Assembly: GCA_012295275.1 (NCBI GenBank)
Contig: CM022674.1
Coordinates: 9,114,001-9,178,000, forward strand
Reading direction: 5' to 3'
Length of the DNA stretch: 64,000 nt
DNA from: Chrysomallon squamiferum
Taxonomy: Eukaryota > Animalia > Mollusca
The notes under the pieces were generated by a model. It was not told where the DNA came from. It was given only the letters and a program-made list of their open reading frames with translations, and ran no database searches. This document shows, piece by piece, positions 41,320-54,408 of this stretch; the first letter of the stretch is position 1; each line of letters opens with the position of its first letter. Made by a program: the position numbers and the translations under genes.

Positions 41320-41372
<53 letters not shown>

Positions 41373-41387
41373 GCTCCCTCCCTCCCT
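41082..41387. repeat. (GT)n at 41082-41127 and (CT)n at 41326-41368 microsatellites
   Basis: Directly visible. Confidence 0.9.
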
Positions 41388-42934
41388 ATCATATTTTCTA
41401 TGACTTACTATATATCAAATATAATCTCTGACATTTATTCACAGTCTATCTTTGTCATATGTTTTGGTTGGAATGGTAAATAATACATGGCTAATAAAAG
41501 TATTAAGTATGAACCATGAATAAAAGAGTGATAAAAATCACACAACTTGAATATTCATTGAGTAAATTTGAATACTGGTTTTAAAATGTTCATACAAAAT
41601 CTTTGTACCAGCAGGGAATAAGAAAACAAGAAAAATCACTACTGGTAATTTTTGTTTTCATTGGCTAGCTGACATTTTACTTGTGTATCCAGACATTAGC
41701 TAAATGCCTGATAAATAGATTACAAGTTAAATTTACTGTTTGTATGTTTATATGTATGTCTTTATCTAAATAGGTATCAGGATATTTATGTCTGTATGTG
41801 TATGAATCTGTATAATATATACATATATTTATTGTACAACCACTGGTAAGATATGATGACTAGATAAATATATTATTCAGCATTACTGCTTTAGTGTTCA
41901 GCTCTAAAAATCTATTTTGAAAACTTTTTATTTAAAAACAAAAGACAAAACAATTATGATTATTTAAGAACTATTTTGTTTTGATGCATATGACCAAGAG
42001 AAATATGCACGAGCTGAGAAATAAAAAAGTTAATTTCATTTAAAACTGCTTGATAACTGGTCAGGTTAACTGGCTCTGTGCAGCTTGGCAGAGCCTCACT
42101 GAAAATCAGCACTGTTACCTTCACAAGATAAAGACACATTTTCTTTTCTTTCATTTTTAAACTTTTTTTAAAATTTAATTTTTTTTTTTTTAATTGCTTT
42201 AAATGATTGTGTTAATGACTGATTTTTAAAAATTTATTTTACTTATTTTTTTTTTATTTCATAATATTTTGCTTATATTTTGACTAAAATATAAATTTGC
42301 TTTTCATATTCAGTTCAAAAAATATTAATATACTTTTAAAATTCAGTTTTAATATTTTATTTGTAAAAATTTATGTAAATTTATTCAATTCTGAAATATA
42401 CCTTTTGACATAAAACAAATGAAATTTCAAACAGATTTGATATTTTATCACTTATGTCTGATGGAGTTATGACTGACTAAATAAATTTGAAGAATATAGA
42501 TTTTGACGTATATATTTTTTTAATGTGCATACCACTCAGAGATATAGAGTTGCATGGCGTAGGCAGCCATGATTGTCAGCTCATTCTACTGAATGTCATC
42601 AACTCTGTGGAGAGGAAACAAGTACAAAAAAAAAAAAAAAAAAAAAAAAAAATCCAAACTAAAAGTGAAAAAAATATAATAATAAAAAGTGACTAAATTA
42701 TGCTCTACAGAACATTTCCTCTATTCTAACAAAGCACATTGTGAAATCCATTATAGATTTACTTTAATGCTTTCTAATTGTATATGTCAAAGTCTAAATT
42801 ATATTTATATATTTAATATAAATGTGTTGTTCACTGTCAGTAACAAATTATGTGTATGCTAATGGATGTATGTGGATGATGGCAGATTGGTATGTGTATG
42901 TTTGTGAGTGGATGTTTATACTGTATATAAATGC

Positions 42935-42937
<3 letters not shown>

Positions 42938-42978
<41 letters not shown>
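42938..42978. repeat. (GT)n microsatellite
   Basis: Directly visible. Confidence 0.95.
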
Positions 42979-42981
<3 letters not shown>

Positions 42982-45329
42982 AGATTCTATGATTCACATG
43001 TGCTGCAGGCTGCTCTGTGATGATTAGAGGAGTCAATACAAGAACCTGTCTTTGTGGTGTGCAGTGCTGCCGATCTCCCCAGAGAGGGAAGAGGAGGCAA
43101 TTCAGTCAGATCCTGGCAGGATTTGCTACCATCATTAGTGGTCTCTGACCAAATGCAAGGCTAAACTGAACACTCTATAAAGATTCCCTGAAGAAAATCT
43201 TTAATTGGCTTTCACTATGCACGCATCAGCCAAGATCAGTATGTGAGAGCAGTGTAACCTTATGCTCCATGTGATAGTAGGAGGAATTGTGTCACTTATG
43301 GCTTGAAGCACTCAGGCATATTAATTTCATTTTTCTGTCATGCCACTGAATTGCATCACATGCACTTGTCTAAGGAAATTGCAAATATAAAGAGATCCAT
43401 AGGGATTTTCATAAAATTGAGAAATTCTTGTAATTTAAAGTGTCCTGAGTTATGTAATATTAATTTTCCTTGAGGATATTAACTTTTATTAGCTCCAACC
43501 TGACAAGAAGAATTAGCCAGTTGTTGTGTTTGACAATTCTCTGAGTAGCTGCATGTTCACAGTGTAATCAAAATGTATCTGGTGTTTTTCAACCATCCAA
43601 ATACTCTGTGATATCTAATAACCAATTTGAATGTGAAATGGCCTAACACTGCTTTGTACTTAGCATATTCAAGTGAAAAACTGCTGGAAAAATAAAATCC
43701 AAAAGGACACCTAATATTCATGGATCCACCTGCAGGAGTTAATATTTGAAATAAATATTGGTTATTAGGTTTTTGAATCAGAATCTAAAATTTAAAAAAA
43801 AAAAAAATTGTCAAAAACTAGTGCAAAAGCACTGAATTGAAACAAATTAGATCTGTATCCTGAAATTTTACAATTTTTAACATCATTTAAAATCCCATTA
43901 ATGTCATAATACAAAACCTGAATAACATAAAAAAAAAGAGAGAAAAAAAAAGAAAAAGAAAGAAACCAACATAGATAAAGAGGAAAAAATCACTATCACG
44001 TGTCCAGTATTTCTGTATTTAAGAGATTTGAATTAATGAAAACAATTTCAGAACAGAGAAAATTATGGTACGAGTGCATGAAATGACTAAATATTCACAA
44101 TAACCATAACATCAATTACAATCCTGATACAGACATTTTAATATATTTAAACTTTGGTCCTATGCATTGCATATTAAAGATATTTTATATATATATATAT
44201 ATCAGTCACAATACAATCTATCATATTAATGTTTCAAGCTTATTCACTGACTCAAAAATAGTTTGGGATAATTAACTTAATTAAGTAGTAAACACAAATG
44301 AATTACAATAAGAGGTTTATGTGAGAAAACAATTACTTCATTCATCTTTGTGTTTTACACTCACTGTCAATATAGAGTTGACCAAGATCAATATTTCTTT
44401 GCACTCAGTAGGTCAGAATGTTTCACACTGAAATCAAGGTCAATAGATTTTGCACTTAAATATGATATGAATTATTATGAGGTATGTGCTCAGAATAAAA
44501 AATATTACATCACTCTATTAGGGTTAGTCTGTTTAGAAGAAAGAAGTGAAACCTGACCAAAATGAATGAATGAATTAATAACAGTTGTATGAAATAGTTA
44601 TATATGTAGTATTACAATTAAACAATTCTAGAATTCAGTTCCAATGGAAATATTTATATTCATGTTAAATTTTAAAAAAAACCCATTTATTTCCTTTTTT
44701 ATGCTTTGAATTACTGAATGAATTATTCATTATGATATTATTTTATTTTTTTATTTTTTTATTCATTTACAACTAATTAACGTCACCAATTTTTAAACTT
44801 TTTTTTTTTTTTTTTTTTTTTCAACCATTCAGATCCACATATATGTCATGGACCATGCAGTTGTATTTTGTACAAACATAGGTCATATCTGTGAACATAT
44901 ATGGGTAATATTTGACCATGCATTAATATGAGGTATATGCTCATGTGCATGGTACCATTTACAATTATCCAAAAAGCCTTTCTGGCTTAATATATACTTA
45001 AAATATAAAATAAATACTCAAAAGAAAAGAAGAACCAAACTCTATTTAACAGATGCAAATTAATACTTTCTGTAAGCTGCATAAATGGTCTTGTACTGCA
45101 CTGCATGATATATATCGCAAACTAAACAATTAACATATATCAAACAGTAACAGACATTAGCTGTACAAAGCCTGAACAAACACACTGTACATATCTCTGC
45201 TATTTGTTTTTAATAACAATCCATTAATATCTCAACTACCTTTAAGAGTTAATGTACATCAACTTATAACAAAGCAAAACAATTAAATACACTCATTGAA
45301 ATATGAAATACTGCATACTGATCAAGCTT

Positions 45330-45800
45330 GAATATATCAATGAATACTCTACAACTCTGTACATATCAGTGAATACTCTACAACTGAACATATCTATGAA
45401 TACTCTACAACTGTACATATCAGTAAATCCTATACAACTGTACATATCAGAGAATACTTTACAACTGTACATATCAATGAATACTCTACAACTCTGTACA
45501 TATCAGTGAATACTCTACAACTGAACATATCTATGAATACTCAACAACTGTACATATCAGTGAATACTCTACAACTGTACATATCAGTGAATACTCTACA
45601 ACCGTACATATCAGTCAATACTCTACAACTGAACATATCAGTGAATACTTTACAACTGTACATATCAATGAATACTCTACAACTCTGTACATATCAGTGA
45701 ATATTCTACAACTCTGTACATATCAGAGAATACTCAACAACCGTACATATCAGTCAATACTCTACAACTGTACATATCAATGAATGCTCTACAACTCTGT
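45330..45800. repeat. Minisatellite, 27/29-bp unit (TACATATCAGTGAATACTCTACAACTG), ~17 copies
   Basis: Visible tandem repeat. It explains the ORFs with NTLQLYIS repeats. Confidence 0.95.
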
Positions 45801-47599
45801 AAACATGTTATTTTCTGTTCAGTTCTGGAACACATATGTCAAATTGTATATTATTAAGTTGGAACAAGAAAAATGAAGCGCATATATATCTAGGTCAATT
45901 TAATTAGATGTTACTTTCTCTTAATTATGCTTAAATTTCTCTTCCACTCCAAGTTAAAAACTATTTCTACAGCAAAACCATTCATAAAACAAAGTGCAAA
46001 AATGGGTTAGTATTTATTTTCTTGATTACATGTATTTGTGGTAAAAGCTATTACAAATTGATGAATTTTGCTCCATTTTTTAATTTGTCATCTGGAAAAT
46101 TTTGTAAATCCATGTAAAATGAAAAATCAATACTATTTAAAACAATTCAGTGCACACCATTTTGAAGCAGTTTGGAGCATTTTGTGAAATCTTCCATGTA
46201 AAACACCATACAGAAAACACCAATTAGATTTTAATATAATACTAAAATTATTTTATTATTTTTCTCTTCTTTAAATACTTTAAAATATTGTAGAAATATA
46301 ATGAAGGAAAATAAATAATAGTTTTCACTATAATAAACTATACAAAATGAATAATACAGCTAAAATGATCTACAATTGATTTAAAGAATAAAATAAAAAA
46401 AGATTCTATTTAAAAATTTGTTGATTAAATGTATACAGCTATTGCCTATTCAAACCAGTGGTTTACCAAAGATGTTTTGTTTGTGATCTGCGCCTGTCAT
46501 TGCTGGTGGTCAAAATGAACAGATGACTGCATGGTGGCAACAAGTTTTCATTCTCATTAACAAAGATTTCTTCCTTACTTTCTGATCATTGTCATTACAG
46601 ATAATTTCATTTACAATAAAATTAATTTAAAAATATATATTTGTACTAACATCGTCATTAAAAAAAATCTATCCATCATAATTATATATATATAATATAT
46701 TCAGAGAAATTTGAATTTAAAAATCAAATGATGAAAAATTATTGAAAATGATTGTTTTTCTTTCTCATTTTTGTAAATTCCAAGTGAAATGATGTCATTC
46801 TTTTTTTTAAACTTTTTTTTATCTCCTAAGTTTAAAGAGTTCTCTTGACAATGGCCAGAGTTATTCTGATCATGAACTTAAGGTATTGTTGTTAAATCTC
46901 CAGAGACTATGAGAACTCTTATTAACCCCTTGTTACAAGAAAACTGTCACTGATAACATACAGGGACCTAATGAAAAAGATAATGTCCTTAACCAAGGCT
47001 TAGAAAGTTAACTTTTTTATGTTGTGATTATCCTTTCAGTTAATCCAACAAAAAAACACATTTTACTTTTAGATGAACATGCTGTAAATTTGCGTGACTC
47101 ATATATTTTTCAAACTTTTTTGTTATTTTTAATTCTCCTTTTTGTTTTGTAGTTTAAATTAAAATAAAAAGAAAGTTTTGAAAGGAAGCTACATTCTCTA
47201 GCAGATCTATCCATTCTAATTATAATGAAGCCAGACCTTTTTCTAGTATCTTTTTAATCCCACCTTGGAAAATGCTACATATCGGGTATGTTGACAAGTA
47301 ATTAAAATAACTATTAAAAGTTTAAAAATATTTTTTTTCTGCTTATTTACAGAGGTAAATAATTGATTTTTTTTAAATACTTTTTTTTACCATTCACCCC
47401 ACAAGTTTTTACATGAATACTATAAATCATATGAGTAAGCAGTGTATAAATTATATTGGGTTTCATGTGACATAAAGTGTAATGCAAACCACCTAAAAGA
47501 TTTAATTTTTCTTTCTGTATTTATCATGTTGCTTTGTTCAAAGTGACAAATATGAGAAAATTGATTAAATGTATTATTTATCAAAAGTGTGAAGTTTTA

Positions 47600-48140
47600 T
47601 GGTAGTGTCAAGTATATTGGTTGACAAAATAGTTACTTATAAAATTTCAAAATGATTGGTTAAAACAATGTTTTAATAAAATAGTTATATTACTGTTTAA
47701 TAAAATAGTTAAGAATGTTGTTTAATAAAAATATTTAATTACATAATTTATAATAAATAGTTATCTATCAAATTATTGTTAAAATGGTTATTGAGATTGT
47801 TTAATTAAATGATTAGTTATATTTTTAATAAGATTTTATGAAAGAGTTAATAAAATGTTTAATTATATTATTGTTTAAAAAAATTGTTATTTATAAAATT
47901 GTTAATTAAAATGGTCCGATATGAGAGTTTGCATAAAATGTTATTTTGATATTTTTTTAATAAAATGTTAGTTTTGATATTATTCTGTATACTGGAATTT
48001 TATAAAATTGCTTAATAAAATGCTTATTTTGTAAAAATGTTTAGTACAATAATTAGTTATGACAGGTCAAATTTTAGTTTTGATACTGTTTAATAAAATG
48101 GTTATTTGTAAAATTGTTTAATAAACTGACTTAGTTGCAA
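47600..48140. repeat. Degenerate AT-rich tandem repeat (TTGTTTAATAAAATGGTTATT-like)
   Basis: TTTAATAAAAT(A/G)GTTA recurs every ~25-30 bp. Confidence 0.6.
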
Positions 48141-48522
48141 TTTTTGAAAGATTAATTTTCATCCAGTTATGTGGAAGACATTTAAAAATATAATAATAAT
48201 AATACCACCTAAAAAAAAACCCGAAAAATAAAAAATTAAATAATTTCTTACATTAGTAAATAGACTGAGATATACAAACATTCTCTAGTCTCTCTCTGTA
48301 TAGACATATTTAGAAGCATAAATTCATTTCTAATATAAATAACAGCTAATACGTAGTCATTTTACTCCAACCCATTTCATGTGCTTTGATCCTCTGTTAT
48401 TATAAAACTTTGAAGTGATTTAAAATAAAACAATTAAGTCTTTTTTTAGCTGAACACATTCATTATAAAAAAATTGAAAAAATCTTAAAAAGATAAATAG
48501 AAACAAAACACCAAGAATTATC

Positions 48523-48618
<96 letters not shown>

Positions 48619-48633
48619 AATAAAATAAAATAA

Positions 48634-48700
<67 letters not shown>

Positions 48701-48717
48701 TAATAAATAAAATAAAA
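48523..48717. repeat. Compound (AAT)n(AAAT)n(AAAAT)n(AAT)n microsatellite
   Basis: Directly visible. Confidence 0.95.
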
Positions 48718-51700
48718 GCTTTTCCTGATCTTAATTATAAGTCTTTTGTTGGCAGCTTTATGAAATATTTTAAATAATAAAAATTTGTATTGTCTGTTTG
48801 TGATTGTAAAATAACGCCAGACAACAAAGTTAATCATGACAAGACCAAATTGATTCGTAAAAATGCAATCATAACAATAATTATATAACGTCAGATGAAA
48901 GAATAATTAGCAATACTTTTACCAGCACAAAATTAAAATAAAATATGTTTAATAATAAGATTAAAGAAAAAGTTATTTAGATTTAAAAGTAAGGTATAAC
49001 TTAAAATAATAAAGAATAACTATATAAAAATAAAATGTCATTGTAAATAAAATGAGTATTTTTTTTTAAAAACAAACAACACAATACTGAGATTTATTAT
49101 TAAATAACTAAAGGTGTTATTTGTCATATGGACAATAAAGAATGTATAAGCAGGTCTGAATATTAATATAAATGAGTAAAAAAAACAAACAATGAAAATA
49201 AAAATGAAATATTTTAAAACAGACAAAAATATAGCCAGATGCTATTTTAAAACTAATACAAATAAATTGTGCTTGCACAGTTTCAAAATGAGATAGTGAT
49301 GACATAACTAATCTATGCTTTACAAATAAAACAACAAAACTTTTATTATAAAAGATTCATGTTTTTTTTAATGTTTTTTCCATATTAATTGTCAAAAATA
49401 TTTAAATTTTTTCCTCCTTCTTTATCCTATTTAGTTATTGTTTGTTTTTGTTTTTCTGTTTACTTATTTCATAATTTATTTATTTATTTAGGAACATTTC
49501 ACTGAAATAATTTTCTTCTGGAAAAAACAAGGAAGAGAAATAAAATAAATACAACTACTACCACTACTTTTATTATATATTAATCATAAAGACTTATAAC
49601 AACAACAAAGACTAATAACAACAACCATAATGATGATGAAGATGATAATAATAATAATAATAAAGTTGTATGTTTTATTTCATGATTCAAACTTTTGTTT
49701 TTTTTCAGCTGTGAAAAAAAAAAGAAAAAGAAATTTTAATTGGGTTAGGTAGATATTTTTTGAAAGTCAATTGTTTTTCTATCTTCATAACAAAATGAAA
49801 AATGTACTGAATTTTTATGAATTTTTTTTCTGATACTGCACTAAAATAAAGTGCTTCGTAAAACTTCAAAGTTCCAATGTTACCAACTTGTACTGGAAAA
49901 CATCCAGTGCATTGTAATGAATTAAGGGTATAATATCATAACATGCCAGCTTTGCTGGCAATAATAATAATTAATGATAACAATGACAAACAAAACATGC
50001 GTTAACAAATTGCTTAATGCCATTCTTTGGCAAAAGAAAAAAGAAATTATTTATACATTTTTTAAAATTTTCAGATCAAATACAACAATAAAACAGATGT
50101 TGTAATGAAAGGTGTGAATTTGTAGTTTGGGAAATAGAACATTCATGTTAAAATAAATAGTAAAAAAAAAGCTATAGAATATATATATTTTCACTTAGAA
50201 CTTTTAAACAAATTTAAAAATATATAATTCCACCAATTATAAACTGGTTATGCAGAATTAAGTGTAAAAAAGAATGTTGTGATTTAGAGAAATTATTCTT
50301 GTTATTATTGTTTGTTGTTTATTCATTTCTTAATTTATTTTTATTTCATTTCATTTCATTTCATTTTTTATTTCTGTTTTCCTAATTCTAACTATCTAAA
50401 TTCAGGTTCATAATAAAATAAAAACACACAATAAAATTATCAAATTGTCAAGTGAATCTTTTTATGGTTGAATTTATTTCATTTTGGTTTTTTTGTTTTG
50501 TTCTTTTTTCTTTTTTAAATTAAAATTTGTTGTTTTCTTTTGGAGATATTTCTGACCACAAAGAAATTTTATTTTATTTCAGTTTAATTTAATTTTGTGA
50601 TCAGTGGATTTTGAAATACTGCCTACAAGCTCCCCCTCAGACTCCTAGCACTACCTTCAAGTCTGACTCCTCCAGTAAGAAGACAACCCAGAGACCAAGC
50701 TGACCCTGATCAATGGGAATTAGAAAAGGATTGCTGAAATACTGCTGACAACTTAACATTTAATTGTTTAACACATGCAGTTAATTGATTATGTCTTAAA
50801 AGCATTATTCATTTAAGTCTCAATGGTTGCCTATAACACATCATTCAAGATATAAAAAAATATATAATTTTTTTGAATTATAATTAATTTGGTTTTTGTT
50901 CTCTTTTTCTTTTTTGTTTAGTTTTTAGAAGGATGAATATTTAAATAGAAGACAGTGTTAAAAAGGACAATTTTCTTTTTAAAAAGTTTAAGATATATAA
51001 TTTGGAATATTCATTTCTAAATTTTAATTTCATATTTAATTTGATTGTGACATAAAGGAAAATAAAAATAAATTAACCTGATAATAAATTTTTTATATTT
51101 CAAAGTGTAGAGAATAATAACACACACTACTGAAAAAGAAACAGAAAGAAAATCCACTGAAAGGAGTCAGAAATGAGTGTTTAAAGTGAAATTACTGCTT
51201 TTAACTCATTAAAAAACATTCAACAAAATAGTGCAGTTTTGGGGGATGGTTATCACTGTGAACAAAACGGAACATCAACAAATAAAAAATTAAAAATAAA
51301 ATAAAATTTCAAATATAAAAATAAGAAATAAGATAAAGAAATAAATAAGGAAAATGAACAAAATGATAGAAAAAGAAACAAATGAAATAATAAAAGTTTA
51401 AAAGTCTTATATAAAAAAAAAATATGTTGATATTATTATGTTATTTATTATGTAAACACAGAGGTTACTCTAGTGTCAACAGCAGCTATCTATCTTTCAT
51501 TATCATTGCCAAAACTTTATAGTTTTTACTTTTTTTCGTTTGCTCTTTTTTACTTGTTTATTTTTACAAGTAGTTAAAAAAAAGTTTTTAATTTTTCAAA
51601 ATAAAGAAATCAGAAATGAATAGTTAGTGTTTAGATATTATTTTTTTTTCTATAGAAGAATGTATGTTTATAAATTTATTTAAAGAAAGAGAAACACATA

Positions 51701-52825
51701 TATATTGGAACTAAATTTGATAAAGAATAACAAACTGTTTACATTTCAGTTTTCCTAAAACAGAATGAAACTACGGTCTTCTGATTAATTTTATCAAAAC
51801 TGTCTAAGTTAATTTTAAATAATTAAAAATATTATTATTTATTTTTAAAACATCAGCAAACAAAGAAACAACAAAAAGAAAGAAAAAATGAACAACAAAA
51901 AGCTGATTAAAAAAATAATATCACAAATGTGTTGATGAAAAATCTTAAATTGAGATGTTTATCACAAGACAAGAAAAATTAATTCTTTACTGTCATATTA
52001 TATTAAATGAACAATAACTAAATAAACAAAATATTCAAATAACAATAACAACAAGAAGAATATTTTGAAATTATTTCACTCTAATTAGTTAATATTTAAA
52101 ATTATAAAAAAAAATCAGATCTTTTCATGACATAATGTAATATAAACTAAGTTTATTTATAAGTTAATTTATTTTAATTATGTTTGCCAATAAACATTTT
52201 TTATTTATTTATTTTTTAATGGTTTTCATTTATTTATATTTTAAATCAGGATATTAAACAGGATCACGCACAACAGTTTTTAAATTAAATACAAAAAGAT
52301 AATAAATATATTAATAAAGAAAATAGGTTCAATAAATAATTATTAATGTGTTTTATTGCTTTTTGCATTTCAGGTAATAATAATCAAAACGAAAAGGAAT
52401 TAAGAGACAATAATAATTTTTCAAACGTAAACAAAGCATTGTTTAAATAAATTCATTCTAACCTAATAAAAAAAATTTCAACTCCAATATTTCTTTTTAG
52501 ATTTTTTTTCTTTCATTTCTTTTTTTTTTTTTTTTTTTTATAAATTGTTTACAAAAACTATAGAAACAAAAACTACATAATGTACTGGTTACAAAAATTG
52601 GTCATTTACATATTGAAGAACTTCAAACTATATTTTTAATACCATATCAAACTGTCAAAGAGAAAAAATAATTTGTTTAATGGAAAAAATAAAAAATATA
52701 AATAATTTTTTTCGCTGTACCATTTAACAAAATATAACCAAAGTCAATATTCTACAACTCAAGAGCAAAGGAAGGTGTAAGAAAAGAGTAGTGATAAAAC
52801 AGAATAAAACACACTGGTCACTTAC

Positions 52826-52927
52826 CTGTATGGTGGGCCACAGATTGTATTCATCCCGCGGATGTCTGTCCGTCGTCATGTTCAAGCCAGTGTAACATTC
52901 AGGGCTGCCAAAAGAACGGTACATCAT
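52826..52927 (-). CDS. Putative first coding exon of an unidentified long-intron gene (MMYRSFGSPECYTGLNMTTDRHPRDEYNLWPTIQ; a second in-frame start is possible at ATG 52879)
   Basis: Locally GC- and CpG-rich, non-repetitive ORF. ATGATG at 52927 is preceded by an in-frame TAA (52979-52981). It ends in a perfect donor CAG|GTAAGTG (GT at 52825-52824) after exactly 34 codons (phase 0), which matches the phase-0 exon at 16524. A candidate acceptor ATCATTTTTTCCAAACAG| lies at 53003. Confidence 0.7.
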
Positions 52928-53140
52928 TATGAGTGGAGTTACACGCAATGAGGCAGTTTGTAACACTACAGCATAGCCTTACTTCTGCATGCAATCAGAG
53001 GACTGTTTGGAAAAAATGATTACCCAACCAGAGTTACTCATCTGGTTAGTAGTATCACAGCGCTTAGTTCACATGAACTAGTGCAGGCTAGTTCTTACGA
53101 GAATAGTATTAACTACGCCTCAATGAGATCTCTCTCCTCC
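52850..53140 (-). promoter_or_regulatory. CpG-retaining patch over the start-codon exon; candidate 5' UTR or promoter region
   Basis: About nine CpGs in ~270 bp (CCCGCGG, CCGTCGTC, AACGG, CACGC, AGCGC, TACGA, TACGC) in a window where CpG is otherwise rare. A short GA-rich run lies at its upstream edge. Confidence 0.4.
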
Positions 53141-54370
53141 TTTTTTTAATTTTTATATCTTAGCCTGTTTTAAAATTTTCTCTCATAGAATGCCATTACA
53201 TAACAATGATATGGCTGTTTCAGTTCATATATGTGCACTGACACTGTGGCTTTATTTCAATCACTCACACTGCCCTTACAGAAATAATCAAAGTTTTTCA
53301 AGGAGAATTATTTTCGTTTTTTAACACTCGAGTTGGTGAATTTACAGCTGGAGGGAGGCATTAGGCAATGTGAAGTATTGTAATATCTGCTCTTACTGTT
53401 TCACTCATTTATTTTTTTTACTCTCATTTCGACCATGATTAAGAAAAAGAGGATGAGCTTTCTATTTTGCAATAAACATGTGTTTGCTGCAGATTTGTAT
53501 TTTGTTTTCCTTACAACAACAGCTGAGAAAGGATGGAATTCAAATAACATTTGAATAATTATTTTACAAACATGCAGTGTATTTTGCATATTGATTTACA
53601 TTGGAGGCTGACCAAAGAACATGTGAAGTGCTATTGTTGAACATACCAGCCTGTCAGGTTTTGAATTTCACTTTGTCAAAACCAAATGATCATGTTTCTC
53701 TCAGAAATTAATATTTTTTCTTTCTTTTCTTTTTATGCCCATAAACATGGTGGTCTCTTTTTTAATTTGGCAATTTTTTTCGGCTAATAAAAAAGTATTT
53801 TCATACTGCTTAGGAGAAAGCTATATAATAGTATGACACCTCCTTCTTAGTCAGTCAATTACAGTGATGAATTATATCAAGGGTACATGTAAACTAACCT
53901 GCCTAAAAAATAATGATTTTTCTGCCCTAGAAGGGAAGATCTAGGGTGGACAGCGGTTAGCAATTAGCAGCAAGTTGAAATGGGACCTCCTCAAAGCAAC
54001 ATATAGCACACGTGTATTTTAAAACCCAACATAAATCAGCTTGAATGACTCAGGGGCAAATCCTTTCTAATCTAGGGTAAATTCAGTTTAACAATAATCA
54101 GGAGGAGCAAAAGGTTTTCTGTACATAAAGCTGTGTGTTTAATACAAACAAGTAACATAATCTGCCTAAGAAGAAATGTTTTGTAACATTTAGGGGCAGG
54201 TCAAATAGACTAACAAGTTAGAGTACTCCGAAGGAAAAAAAAAGGTAACAATTTTATATTTTTTAATAAATATGAATAAAAATATCTTTTTTCATTACAT
54301 TTCATTAATTTTGGGGCATATATTTAAAGAGTATCAGTTAGTGTTTATGATTTTTTAACACATACGAACA

Positions 54371-54408
<38 letters not shown>

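Larger units (their letters stand above)
16525..52825 (-). other. Predicted ~36.3 kb GT-AG intron, possibly containing alternative or recursive splice sites
   Basis: Bounded by the donor at 52825 and the acceptor at 16525. I found no other convincing coding exon in between. Confidence 0.55.

Noticed and set aside
45303-45800. Repeat ORFs and a CRISPR-like appearance of the 27-29-bp repeats
   Set aside because: Head-to-tail units without unique spacers, eukaryotic context, and no cas genes.
52355-52380. Plus-strand GCTTTTTGCATTTCAG|GTAATA ratchet-like motif (similar at 3146 and 32296)
   Set aside because: Antisense to the only supported gene and the donors are imperfect. Kept as a reminder that AG|GT motifs arise by chance here.
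16479-52927. Assigning a gene name (faint resemblance to RBMS/shep-type N-termini)
   Set aside because: The similarity is only compositional, and no conserved domain lies in the window.
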